From the human T2T-CHM13v2.0 reference genome, Homo sapiens, in NCBI RefSeq assembly GCF_009914755.1, contig NC_060941.1: a DNA stretch of 64,000 nucleotides. One strand, given 5' to 3'. Positions 29,090 to 45,790 of the stretch are shown in pieces. The position numbers and the translations under genes were made by a program. Each line of letters opens with the position of its first letter. Position 1 is the first letter of the stretch. The notes under the pieces are model-generated. The model did no database searches and was not told where the DNA came from. It saw only the letters and a program-made list of their open reading frames with translations.

Positions 29090-29807
29090 TGGTTACGGCA
29101 GCACTTTTATTTTTCCTTACACAATGACGTGTTGCTGGGGCCTAATGTTCTCACATAACAGTAGAAAACCAAAATTTGTTGTCATCTCTTCAAAGAATCG
29201 AGAATTGCGTACAAAAAAAACCTTACATAAATTAAGAATGAATACATTTACAGGCGTAAATGCAAACCGCTTCCAACTCAAAGCAAGTAACAGCCCACGG
29301 TGTTCTGGCCAAAGACATCAGCTAAGAAAGGAAACTGGGTCCTACGGCTTGGACTTTCCAACCCTGACAGACCCGCAAGACAAAACAACTGGTTCTTGCC
29401 AGCCTCTAGAGAAATCCCAGAACACTCAGCCCTGACACGTTAATACCCTGCACAGATCAGAGGCTGCTGGCCACACAGACTCACCAAGCCACAGACTTGT
29501 CTTCCACAAGCACGTTCTTACCTTAGCCACGAAGTGACCAAGCCACACGTACTAAAGGTTGAACTCAAAGATATGTACAGGGTATTAAACAAATACCAAG
29601 GGGAACAGTTAACTTCAATACAAGGTCAAAATCAGCAACAAGTTCTACAATCCAGTGCTGATATCAGATACAAGCTTCAAGGACAATTTCTTTTCGAAGG
29701 CTTATTCCAGTTTCGTGAGGCTAGCATGAGGTGTGTGCATTTGCCAGGGGCAAATTTCTATTCTCAATTAACCCATGCAGCAAATGCTACGCATCTGCTG
29801 AGTCCGT
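29090..29807 (-). other. ACTG1: ACTG1 3'UTR
   Basis: Runs from the stop codon to ~15-20 nt past the AATAAA. Contains a miR-145-type 8mer seed match AACUGGAA (29712-29705) and a miR-10-type CAGGGUA (29450-29444). Confidence 0.85.
29106..29111 (-). terminator. ACTG1: ACTG1 polyadenylation signal AATAAA
   Basis: TTTATT on the plus strand ~700 nt after the stop, followed by GU-rich downstream sequence on the minus strand. Confidence 0.85.
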
Positions 29808-31541
<1,734 letters not shown>

Positions 31542-31851
31542 CTAATGCCCTCCCGCGGGGCAGCCTCGGCCCTGCCCCAACCCCAGCGGCCGTGGCCTCC
31601 AAGATCGCAACCGCCTGGAACCGAAGGCCGGGCCTTTTACGTAACGTCCACGGCTCGGAAGTCTGCACTGCGGCCGGGCCCCGCCCTGGACCCCCGGCGC
31701 CCCCCCAGCCCCGTCCGCCTGACCCGGCCCACCCCGCCTTTTGTTCCCGGGGAAGGCGCGACGAGGCCTCGGCAGCTGGAAGCGGGGCCAGCCGGGGTCG
31801 GGGGGCGCAGGCCTGCGACGTCCAGCTCAGGCCCCGGGGCGGGGCGCTCAC

Positions 31852-31920
31852 CGGCAGAGAAACGCGACGGCGGAGCGGCGGAAGAACAGAGTGCGAGAGT
31901 TGGCAGCGGCGACTGAGACC
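31852..31920 (-). other. ACTG1: ACTG1 non-coding exon 1 (5'UTR)
   Basis: Ends in TCTCTGCCG|GTGAG (donor 31851-31847) and splices to the acceptor at 31478, 6 nt before the ATG. It lies ~25 nt downstream of a TATA-like box. The TSS is approximate. Confidence 0.9.
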
Positions 31921-31940
31921 GACCGCGGCCTCCCCCGCCG

Positions 31941-32041
31941 TTATTTAAGCGGAAGCGGCGCGCCCGCGCGGCCCGGCGGCGCGCGCGGCCCCAGAACATG
32001 TCCATATATGGCGATCTTTCCGAAAGCCGGGCACCCATTGG
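31941..32041 (-). promoter_or_regulatory. ACTG1: ACTG1 proximal promoter: TATA-like TTAAATAA, CArG box, CCAAT box
   Basis: TTAAATAA at 31948-31941, perfect CArG CCATATATGG at 32002-32011, CCAAT at 32041-32037, with GC boxes upstream. This is classic actin promoter architecture. Confidence 0.9.
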
Positions 32042-33897
32042 CCCGCCGGGCAGGGACACGTGGGGCCCCGGCCCGCCCCGCCCCCAGCCCGCACCGCCTC
32101 CCAACGGCCCCGCCCGCGCCACCCCCGCGCGCTCGCGACCCTGCGCGGGCCGGCGGGCGGGTCTGAGTTGGGGCGCCCTCCGAGGGTCGCCGGGAGGGCC
32201 GAAGGGCTGACGGGCCTGGCCCCTCCCCGGGACTGCCGCGCCGTGGGGAGGGCCCTGCTGCGCCCCGAAACTGCCTGACCCGGGGCGGGGCCGCGCCGGA
32301 GCTGGGGTGGGTCCCCGAGTCCCTGGCCACGCTGCGGGGCTTTGCTCCCTGGGACGTCCCTTGCAATCTTTCCCCTCGGGCTCCACGAGGATCCCGGGCG
32401 CCAGTGCCGGGCTGAGGAAGGGGCGCGGCGGGGGTCCGCGACGCTCTGCGTCCCTGGGCGCGGGGGAGCTCTCAGGAGCCCTCACCTCGCCCCGGTCACC
32501 ATAGGAAACAGCCCGCCCGTCCCCAAGCGCAGCCACCACCATGCAGGTCCCTCCACGGGGCGCCCTGCCCCGGATCTCCGTTCGTTTGAAGACCGAGGCC
32601 CCTTTCTACCCGACCCGACACATCCCTGCCCCTCAAATCACAGGCCTGATTGTCCCCAGGCGCGCGCTCCGGGTTGGGGCTACCCCGCCCCCTTATGTGC
32701 TGAGAAGGTGGTGTGGAGTGAGGCCTTTGTTTCATTCTGGTCACCTGTAGACATTATAGGGAAACTGAGGTAGACAACGGGAGCCCTGACTTTTTTGAAG
32801 GTCGGCTCCCCAGCTTCGGGCGGTCGGGGGGATACCCTCTTCTGTTTACGATGCTAGTTAAGAGCAGCGATCAGGGCTGGCGTGGGTTTAGCCACAGGCT
32901 TGTCCAGGGCGCTCACTCCTCGCCAGGAGCGGCGCCGGTGCTTTGGTTACACCCCGAGAGGCGCCCGGCACTACGGTTTCCTTGTGCGCTGCTGGAATTT
33001 TCAGGGTTGGAGCGCCGGCCGCGTAGGGGTGGCAGTGAGGCCGCGCAGTGAGGGGACGGACTCGCCCGAGGTCGCAGAGCGTTCAGATTGACTCTACAGG
33101 CTGGGGGGCGGGGCCGGGGTCCCCACGCGGAGTCCGGGGCCCTGCAACGTTAGCTCGCGACCCCGTGTTTGGGAGTGACAACAGCGAGTCAGGGCAAGGC
33201 GGCCGGCCCAGCTCACCTGCGGGCTGCAGTCAGCCCGGACGCCGAGACCCGTGCCTAAGGCCCCCGTGCCCCAGGCCTCCCAGGGGTGCTGAGCGCCCCC
33301 AGGCCCAGAATCTCCGGGGGCCCGGGCAAGGCTGTCAGGTATGTTCCCTCCCGTGGCGAAGCCGGGGCTGGGCCTCCAACAGACCCACCCGGACTCGCGT
33401 CCCTGGGCAGAACCACACAGCCTGCTCGACCCCCGGGTGAGGACTTCCACTTGGGGGGTCCCAAGATGCGACGTCACACACCGAGGGACACGAGGCGGGT
33501 GGGGAATAGCCACAAGCCCCTCCATCCTGCGTTCACCCCACACTACGTTCTGCTCCGGGCCGGCCGGGGACCCTGCCCCTCCGGGTCTCTGGTCTCCTCC
33601 GAAGCTTCTTTGTCTAGGAAGTGCGGGGAGGTGCCGGCCCCGGGCGCGCGTCCCCGTCCCCCACCTTTCTTCCCCACGTTGCGGACCCGAGGCCGCCAGG
33701 GTCGTGGGGGCGGGGGCGAGGCTGGCGCCTCGAGACCCCCGGGTTCCCCGCCACCCGCAGGGCCTGAGCCGCGGGGAGGGGCGGGGAGGGGACGCCGCCG
33801 CGGGCCGGGGGTGGAGAGCGACTTCCTCCTCCGCGGCCGCGTCACGCGGCAGGGGTCAAGGTGCGGCCCAGGTACGCGGCGGGGGGCGGTGGCGCGG

Positions 33898-34081
33898 CCA
33901 TATTTGGCGACTTCGGCGCCGCCGGAGCCCCGCCCGCCTCCGCCGGGAAGCCCGGCCCGGGGCAGCGCCATCCCCGCCCGCCGCCGGGCCTGAGTCACGG
34001 CGGGCGGGGGGCGGAAGTAACGGACGGGGGGCGCCCGCCCGGCGCTCCTGGCCTTATTTAGTCAAGGAGGCCGCCGATTGG
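33898..34081. promoter_or_regulatory. Upstream SRF/AP-1/ETS/NF-Y module (enhancer or divergent promoter)
   Basis: CArG CCATATTTGG 33898-33907, TGAGTCA 33991-33997, GC box, CGGAAGT 34012-34018, near-CArG CCTTATTTAG 34052-34061, inverted CCAAT 34077-34081. Confidence 0.7.
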
Positions 34082-34962
34082 CGCGCGGGACAGAGGGGCG
34101 GCGGCCGGGCAGCCTCGGGGCGTAGGAGTGGCCCGGCGCCTCCGAGGGGTCGGGGCGGGAGCCGGGCGTGGGGGGCCTCGGAGCCTGGGGAGTCCCGGGA
34201 CCGACGGCGGCGGGGATGCGGGTCTGCCTGTCCCTGGGATGCGGGCGGGCGGGCAGGGCGAGGCCTGGAGCCCGCGGGGCGCAGGGGGCTGGACCGCGCG
34301 CTGTGATTTTTCTGTTTAGCAGCGGGGCCTCGCCCAAGGTCGCGCGGGGCCTGTCCTGGATATGCTCTGGGAAGCCAGTGGCGCAGGGCAGCCGCCACCC
34401 TTCTGGAACCAGTGCCGGAGAGGGCCGGGCAGCTGGGCCTGGGGAGGGGACCGCATGGATGGAGCTGGGGGTAGCTGGGCGGCCTCCGGAGCCGGGAGAG
34501 TCGGCAGCTGCACTTCCGCCAGAGGTGGGTGTGTCCTTCACATTTCAGGAAGGGAGACTTGGGGCCTGGAGAAGCGATGTGATTTTTCTTTTCTAGTTCA
34601 GTGCTGGTTTTGATGGCTTTTTATCATGACCTTGTTATGTCTTATTTTAGTTTCGGCCCATTTAGTGGATACGACAACAGTGGCCCAGGGAGGTATGGCA
34701 GAGCTGAGGCTTAACCCAGGGCCTGCGCCCTCCACGGCCTGCACTGCCCCACCTCCAGCTCCTTGCCCTGTTCCTCCCTCTGCACCGGATCAGCCCCCGG
34801 ACTCTGGGTCACCTCCACACCAGTTGACAGGGCCCCCCAGTCCCCACCGCCAACCACCTGGCCGGCTACTTGTCAGACAGACATGGGGGCGTGGGCATGG
34901 GTCCCCACCCCTAGCCTTTGCCTCTGTCACTCTACCTGCCTGGAATGTCTACTTTTTCTTTA

Positions 34963-35261
34963 TATTTTATTTTATTGTATTTTTGAGACAGTCTCATTGT
35001 CGCCCAGGCTGGAGCGCAGTGGCGCGATCTTGGCTCGCTGCAACCTCTGTCTCCGGGGTTCAAGCGATTCTCGGGCCTTAGCCTCCCGAGTAGCTGAGAC
35101 TACAGGCGTGCACCACCATGCCTGGCTAATTTTTGCATTTTTGGTGGAGACAGGGTTTCACCATGTTGGCCAGGCTGGCCTGAACTCCTGACCTTAAGTG
35201 ATCCACTCGCCTAGGCCTTCCAAAGTGCTGGGATTACAGGCGTGAGCCACCTCACCCAGCC
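34963..35261 (-). mobile_element. Antisense Alu
   Basis: Full-length reverse Alu consensus. Confidence 0.9.
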
Positions 35262-35939
35262 TGGAGTGTCTCATCTTCCACCACTAAATGAAACGATGGA
35301 CCCTGAACAGAAAAAGGAACAGTGGTGGAAGAACTAGCAAAGCCCACAGCCTTGAGTTTGGCCGTAAGTATCAAGGTTAATCTCTCAGTTATGGCAGTTG
35401 TCCCATGACCGTGTAAGATGCCAGGTTAGGGGACACTGGGAATAGAGCATTGGGAAACCTTCCCACTGTCTTTGCAACTTTTCTGTAAGTTTAAAGTTCT
35501 CCCATAATAAAAAGCTAACTTGAATCCAAGGCAAGCAAAGCTTCCCTACTCTCAGCCCACCTCCCTCTTCTCCCACACCCTTTTGGACAGATGAAATGCA
35601 AGGTGATGGCCCTGTTTCCTGAAGCTCTTTCCAGGGCCTGGCTGGCTCCCTTGGGCAGGTCTGGAGTGGGCTCTGCCTCTTCAGGAACAGTGGTCCCAAG
35701 GCTGGTCCCGGTGGGCAAGGCTGGTTTCCTGCAACTCGGCCTGGCTGCCTCTGAGTTTTGGCTCAAGGGACAAGGCCAGGGTCCCACACTTCTGTCTCCT
35801 GGCTGGTGCCCAGCTTGGGGCTTGGTTCTCCTGCCCCACTGCGCAGACTGAAGCTCAGAAGGCTCAGCTGGCTGCCCCCCACCCCACCCCTGCGGAGTCA
35901 CTGGGCAGCTGGCTGTGAGTGGCCAGGTGCTGCTTGTTT

Positions 35940-36070
35940 GGTCCCAGGACCAGGTCTCTGCATGTGTTGTCCAATTCTCACCTGGTCCCCAGACCAGGTC
36001 TCTGCATGTTTTGTCCAATTCTCACCTGGTCCCCAGACCAGGTCTCTGCATGTTTTGTCCAATTCTCACC
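35940..36070. repeat. 44-bp minisatellite x3
   Basis: Unit GGTCCCCAGACCAGGTCTCTGCATGTTTTGTCCAATTCTCACCT. GACCAGGTC recurs at 35948, 35992 and 36036. Confidence 0.95.
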
Positions 36071-37464
36071 ACTGGAGGAGAGTCCCAGACCGTGGAGTTT
36101 TCACAGGGAGGGAAACTGAGGCAGTCTCCTGGGTCAGGGTAATTAGCCAGAAACAAGGTCACATTCTGGGAGGTCAGAAGGTTCTGGAGGGCGGTGTGGG
36201 CACTCTACACGAGGGTTAGGGGCTTGAATGCACACAGACACTCAGGCCGAGAGTCCCTCAACCCCACTCCCCTGCCCCGCCCCACCCCCGCTGCTCCAGG
36301 CCTTCTGGAGACAGGATCCCTGTTGCAGTTTACCTGAGGCTCCCCATCCCCGCTGTGAGCAGGAACCAAGGAGGCCCCTGGAAGAGCCCTGAGCTGGGAG
36401 TCGGACACCTGGGTTCTGGGCCCGGCTCAGCCCTGTGCCTGCCACGTGACCTCTCTGTACCCCAGTTCCTGTCAAAAAAGAGGAGAGGGCTCTGCGATGT
36501 GAGATGTGTGGCCCATCAGGGGCTCTGAGGCTGCTTGCCCTCCTGTGTGGACAGGAAGTCTGGGGACAGGAGGCCGTCAGGTGGCCCAGCAAACCCCCCA
36601 GGCGTCTTGCCTGACACCCAGGGGCTCAGTTTTCGGTGATGAGTAAGACGTGCTCAGTGCCTCTGTGTGTCGTGTGTGAGACCTGAGACCAGGGTGCCTG
36701 CTCCTCCCTCTGTTCCCAAGGGCATAGCCCCAGGCCCGTTTGTGACCCTCCACTGGGCCCGAGAAGAAGGCTCCTTTCCCCAGGCCTCATTCCCCTGTGG
36801 CCTCCCAGAGCCGCACGGAGTGGGGAGGGTCTGCTCTCCACCTGGCCATTGTGGACCCCACCCCAGGAGCTCCGGCCGCCCCCCCCCCCTCCAGTCCCAC
36901 TCCTTCCTCCCCAGAGGCAGCGAGGCCTGAAGTTTGTGTTTCCCCTCAGGGTGGTTCTTAGCTGCGGTCACAGATTGCAGGGGAGGAGCCAGAAACGGAG
37001 ATGAAACCGAGGAGCCCCCACCCTCTTCACAGGGCTAAAGCCAGAAACCACCGTCCCAGGCCACAGCCTGCCTCATGTGGCCATGCCTGCTCCCTGGCAG
37101 TGCGCGTCCTGCAACCCTTCCCACCCCAGGGCCTCGGCTTCCGCAATGAATCCCCATGTTTCAAATCCCCGCTGCTCCCAAGGCTACCTGCTGCCTCGGG
37201 GTAGAATCTAAGCCCCTTCCCCTGGTGCTGGAGGCCCACAGAGTGGGCGCTGCCTGTCCCTCCACTCCTTCAGCGCCCTGACCACCGTCTGGCTGTTCCT
37301 TTGCCCCCAAAGCTGTCCCACTGGCTGCCTCCTCCTGGCATGCCCCCATGCCACCCACGACCTCCCATCAACTCCTATTGATTATTAGCTTCTTTCACCC
37401 ACTCTCTGCCCTAGAGCATTGGTTCTTGGGGCACAGCATCCTTGTCCTCCACAGTGAAGCTGGT

Positions 37465-37536
37465 GCCCCTGTACCTGGCATAGCCCCTGTACCTGGCATA
37501 GCCCCTGTACCTGGCATAGCCCCTGTACCTGGCATA
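37465..37536. repeat. 18-bp minisatellite x4
   Basis: Four perfect copies of GCCCCTGTACCTGGCATA. Confidence 0.95.
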
Positions 37537-37929
37537 GCACCTGCCCAGCAGCTGCTCGTGCAGGAAGCCCAAGTAGGGGTGGAATAGAGAGGGAGGAGTT
37601 CCCAGCCCTGGAGGAGGGAGCGCAGAGGAAGGCTAGGCCGATTCGCAGCTGCCTCCTATCTCAAAAACGTGGAAGGGGCTATAACTCTAGGGCTGGGAGG
37701 GAGGGGAGTCGTTTTCGCTGACTCTCCGCACGGACCCTCTCCTGCCCGCTAGCTGGTCAGCTCCTCCAGCTCTCCCCGCGGCAGCAGGCCGGGGAGCAGA
37801 TGTCTTGTCCAGTGTGCGCGGGGCACCGAGGTAGGGAAAGCCTGTTTAACCCGTCCCGCCCCTCCTGCTCTGGCCAGCAGCTCGCCCAAGCAGCTCTGCA
37901 GAGCGACTAGGTCAGGGCCTCTCCAGGTG

Positions 37930-38900
37930 TCTCCACTCGAGGGACGGCCGGCGCCACGCGGAAAAGGGGAAGCGGGTCAGGGCGGGACAAGGGCAAGAGG
38001 TTACTGCTCTGGGCGCTGTGTCCTAAGGGCTGCCTCTTGTCTGCGGAGAATGGAGGGTGCCGGGGGTCAAGCCCGGACTCTGTCAGGGTACCCGAGTCTT
38101 AGCCACGCCATCCTTCCCCAGCGCGCCGCGGGGGCGGGCACAGCAGGGCGGGCGTGGCTGGGAGACCGGCTGTGCCTCGCCGCCCCGCCCGTCCCAGGCC
38201 GGGAAGCTGGGACTTGAGCTGGTCTGCATTCGGGCAAGGTGAGCCCCGGGATGTTTCTCAGGCAGGGCCCAGGGCTGCACGCCCTAACTTGGTGCGGGGT
38301 CGCGGCGGTCCAGCCCGGCTGCACGTGGTCGCGCGCTCCTTGCAGCTCCCAGCCCGCCGGCCCGCGCTCCTGCGCCCCCTCCCCACGCAGTCGACCTCTC
38401 CTGACCGCCAGGTGCACGCAGGGCGCGGGCCTGGGCCTCAGCTCCGCGCACTCCCCCCGGGACGCGGCACCGGGGCTTCGGGTGGGCCCAGGACCCGCAC
38501 TCAGCACGCACTTCCCCCGCCGAGCACTGTCTGGCAGCGGGGACGCACCCCCAGGACCACGAGCTCGGAGGCCTGGGGCCGGGAGATGGCGCCCGTGGAG
38601 TGGGTCCCGCGAGAAGGCCGGGAATGGCGGGCCGCTGTCGTTCCCACCTGGGCCGCCAGGTGGGTGCCGCTATCGCCGCGAGGCCGCACCTGTCGCGCTG
38701 CCGGAGCCCGCGCCTGCCCAGGAGCGCCAGGAGGGACCCCCGCTCCTCCCTCCGCCACTGGGCGGGGCCGGTCGCTGAGTCACGGCCGCACACCGGACGG
38801 TGACAGAGGCAGGGCTGCCTGGGGAGGGGCCGGTGACCTCAGTCAGGGCTGACGCGGAAAAGTGGGATGGGGTCACCCGTGGCAGTGGATGAGGGGGTGG
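37930..38900. promoter_or_regulatory. Intergenic CpG island between ACTG1 and FSCN2
   Basis: CpG-dense, with AP-1 TGAGTCA at 38776-38782, an E-box CACGTG near 38322, and GC boxes. Confidence 0.55.
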
Positions 38901-39719
38901 CCCGGGCCTCCACTCACTGCCCACGCTAGATGTCCGGGGTCCCTCCTGCGACCGAGGACAGGAGGCACCCACAGAGGACCCCAACACGAGGACCCTGGCC
39001 CTGGGTGCGGGGCGTTTTTCCCGCACTCTGCTCCCCTAGCAGATGGCCCCTGCTAAGCACCAGCTCCCAGAAAAGGAAAGGAAGGGGCTGAGAGGCTGGA
39101 TGGAGGCAACCCAGCAGGAAAAGGTGGCTCCAGGGCTGGAGGGGTGGGACTCAGAGATCTCACTACATACACCTGCTGGGGACAGAGGCTTCTCCGGCTT
39201 TCCCAGGGCTGGGCCAGGCCGTGGCAGGGGCCGCCCCAGACCTGTGTCCCAAGGGGCCAGGTTGTTTGCGGCTGGGCTGGCTCCGGGAAAGTCAGAGGGG
39301 GCACTGCCGGACAGGGGATGTCCAGTGCCACACCAGGGCGGTCACACTTCCTCCTGGGGCCGTGGGGACACAGGAAGGCCTAGGGGAGGGGTGGGGGGAG
39401 AACACACTCAGGAGGTGACCCTGAAGGTGGAGAGGCCCGAGCTGGGGTCACACCATGCCCAGGGAAGGATCATGGTTGGCCCAACCCATGTGTCCACTTG
39501 GTCTGTGGGAGGGAATCACCCTGGGGAGCCCCCTATGCCTGGCCCCCACCCACACACACCTTGGGCTCTCTTGAAGGTTAACTGTGCCCAGCACCTTGAC
39601 AAGCCCCATTTCCTCCAGTCCTTAGGACAAGGCATCCTTTGGGGGCGTCACCAAGCTGGGAAGGTGAGCCCCCGAGTCAGTGTTGAGTTTGCGTATCGGC
39701 AAGTGCCTTGAGCTCACAC

Positions 39720-41520
<1,801 letters not shown>

Positions 41521-44026
41521 TGAATGCATGGAGCTGAGTGGCGTGGCGTTGTCCCCAAGGGAGCTGGGTGACACCACGATGGTGACCATGTGCAGAGCCC
41601 TTCTCACCGTAGAGTGATAAATGGTCCGTTTCTGTTTTGTCCCAGAAGTCAGAGGTAGAGTTAATTCCTTTCCTTTCCCCAGCACGGTTCCTGGCACACC
41701 TGGCACTCCCTAAGTGCCTGTGATGGTTGGTTCTTACGTGACTGAACTTGCGGGTGGACGTGGCATTACACGTGGGCAGGGCGTATGTACACCTGTGTGT
41801 GTGTGTAGATGCAGGTTCGCAGGGGCTGGGCAGAGGCCGCCACCTGCAGACCTGTGGGCTCGTTCACGCCAGGTGTCCATGTCTGTGGTGTGCCCCTGTG
41901 TGTAAGTCCAGCTGGGCTGTAGACAGCCATCTCTTCTCTGAAAGTTGATGTGTTCGTCACTCTAAGCCCCAAGCAGCCAGGGGCTCATGGGATTTTCATG
42001 AACACTCTCCTCCTGTCCCCTGCATGTGCAAAGGTCCTGGGGCTCAGGGGTTGGAGGCTCCATCGCCCCAGTGGTTGTGAGGCATCTGGGCTTGTCCAGA
42101 CACCTTCGCTTCTGCCCTCGGGGTCCCTTTGGGGACTTTTGTCCTTGCTGGGGTCCAGAGTTTTCTGGCAAGGCCTAGAGCCCTCTTCCTCCCCTCCCCT
42201 TCCAGGCACAGCCCCCCACCAGCACCTTATGATTTCACAGAAGACAAAAGCCAGCAGACTGTGTGGGCTGTCTGCCCTGAGAGTTCCAAGGCGAGGCTCC
42301 GGAGCAGCCAGCCGTGAACCCCAACTGCAGTTCGGGAAGCTGCTTTCGGGGAGGGGCAGGGAGGGGAGGGGGATTCTCGGAGCAGGCAGGCAGCCACGCT
42401 GGAGAGCCCCTCCCCAAGCTCTTCATTCCAACCCTGCCCTGCCCCCTGCCTTGCCGATGGAGCCTGTCACCCTAAACCTGGCCTCAGTAAACCAACCCAG
42501 GCCAGAGAAAGAGAAGTGCGGCCCCCTCGCCCGTGTAAGTGGAACTGCAGCGGAGCCGATAGCTCAGCCATGAAAAAATCATGAGGTCGCCAGGCTGCAG
42601 GTCTGTGCTCAGGAATAACACCCGGGGCTGGGCCCCTGGGAGTAGGTGCTGGGCCAGGAGTGAGGACATCAAGGCCCGGTGTGCCCAGCAGGGTGGCCCT
42701 CACCTGGCTGCAGGGCCAAGGGGACAACAGAGCCTAGGCAGGGGCTTGGCACGGGGACAAGGGGGAGGGTGGAGTACCTGGGAATCACTGGAGACAGGGA
42801 TGCCAACAGGAGTGGCAGCGGTCAGGGCCTGGCACTGAGGTGGGGGCTCCTCCGATGCCTGCAGGGAGGGCTGCAGGCACTGCTGGCCTGTGAAAGGCGT
42901 GGTCCTCAGCCGCGGGGTGGCCCCAGGGCTCCATTTCCCAGTTTTCAGGGCTCCAGTCCAGCAGGGCGAGGAGCCACCTCTCCCCCAGCTGCACACACGC
43001 AGGCCTGTGCCAGCTCACACCACCAGCATCAGCGTTGCAGGGCATCCAGCCTGGAGCACGTGCCGGTCACCATGGCAGCAGACAGCGTGCCAGCAGGAGC
43101 CCAGGCTGGGCTCAAGCATCCAGGATCAGTGGTCTAGGCATGGGGGGCTTGGGGTCCTTCCCCTTGGAGCACCAGACGGGCCAACTCGGGGAGGGGAAGG
43201 GGGACCCTGGAGCACCAGGACAGCCCGTCCACCAGCACCTCAGAAAGGGAACGATTTCCTAAGGGCTCTCGGGAAACCTGAGGGTGGACACCAGGCGCCG
43301 GTGGGGGCGCATGGCTTCCTGGTCCTGCCCAGCTGGCCCCGCACTGAGAGGGATGGAGGCCGAGGCTCAGGCCTCGGGAGGCTGCCAGGGGATTCTGATG
43401 GCTGAGGCATTCCTTGCCCTCTGGGCTCAGGTGAGGCCAGGAAGTCTGTCACAGCTGGCTGCTCCCTGGACCAGGGGGCTGGGGGTACTGCTACCCCAAA
43501 CAGCCTCTCACTGCCCACCGGGACAAGGCACCCCCTCCCAGGTGCAGACCTCAGCTTGGGCCTCAGGCACACACTGGGCAGGGGCTTCCACCAGCCTCAG
43601 AGGTGGGCGAGGGTGGGGCGTGGAGCCCTCAGTGTGGCAGCGCCTTTGAATGTCGCCACAGTGCAGCCTGCACAGGTCAGGGTGGCAGGCACGTGTGTAT
43701 CCCATGTGAGTGGTTGGTTGGCACCTCCGGAGGTGTGGCCACAGGGCTTGGTGAGGGTCAGTGGGAGGGGTGCTTCCTGTTGCCTGAGAACACTGCAGGG
43801 GGCTAGAGTGCCCCAGCCCACCATATGCTCTTGTGAGTTGTGTATGTCTGGAGTATGAGTGGGACCCTGGAAATAGCCTCCCTGGGCAGTGTACAGCCTG
43901 GGCTCCCTGCTGGGCAGCCCTGAGTAGGCTCTCAGGCTGGGATCCAGGATGACAGTCCCAGGGTCCAGAGTTGGCCCAGCAGGCGACTCTTCTGGCAACC
44001 TTTGCCCACCCTCATCCATGAGCACC

Positions 44027-44027
<1 letters not shown>

Positions 44028-44062
<35 letters not shown>
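44028..44062. repeat. (CA)n microsatellite
   Basis: Uninterrupted CA run. Confidence 0.9.
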
Positions 44063-44065
<3 letters not shown>

Positions 44066-44139
44066 CACACTCACACACATGCACAACGCTGCACCCATGG
44101 GCAGAGGCTCAGCCCATCATACAAGAACCCGGCCCTGTG

Positions 44140-45790
<1,651 letters not shown>

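Noticed and set aside
28857-29435. 192-aa plus-strand ORF antisense to the ACTG1 3'UTR
   Set aside because: No recognisable homology or promoter, so most likely chance.
35940-37536. CRISPR-like appearance of the 44-bp and 18-bp repeats
   Set aside because: They are head-to-tail with no unique spacers, there are no cas genes, and the context is mammalian.
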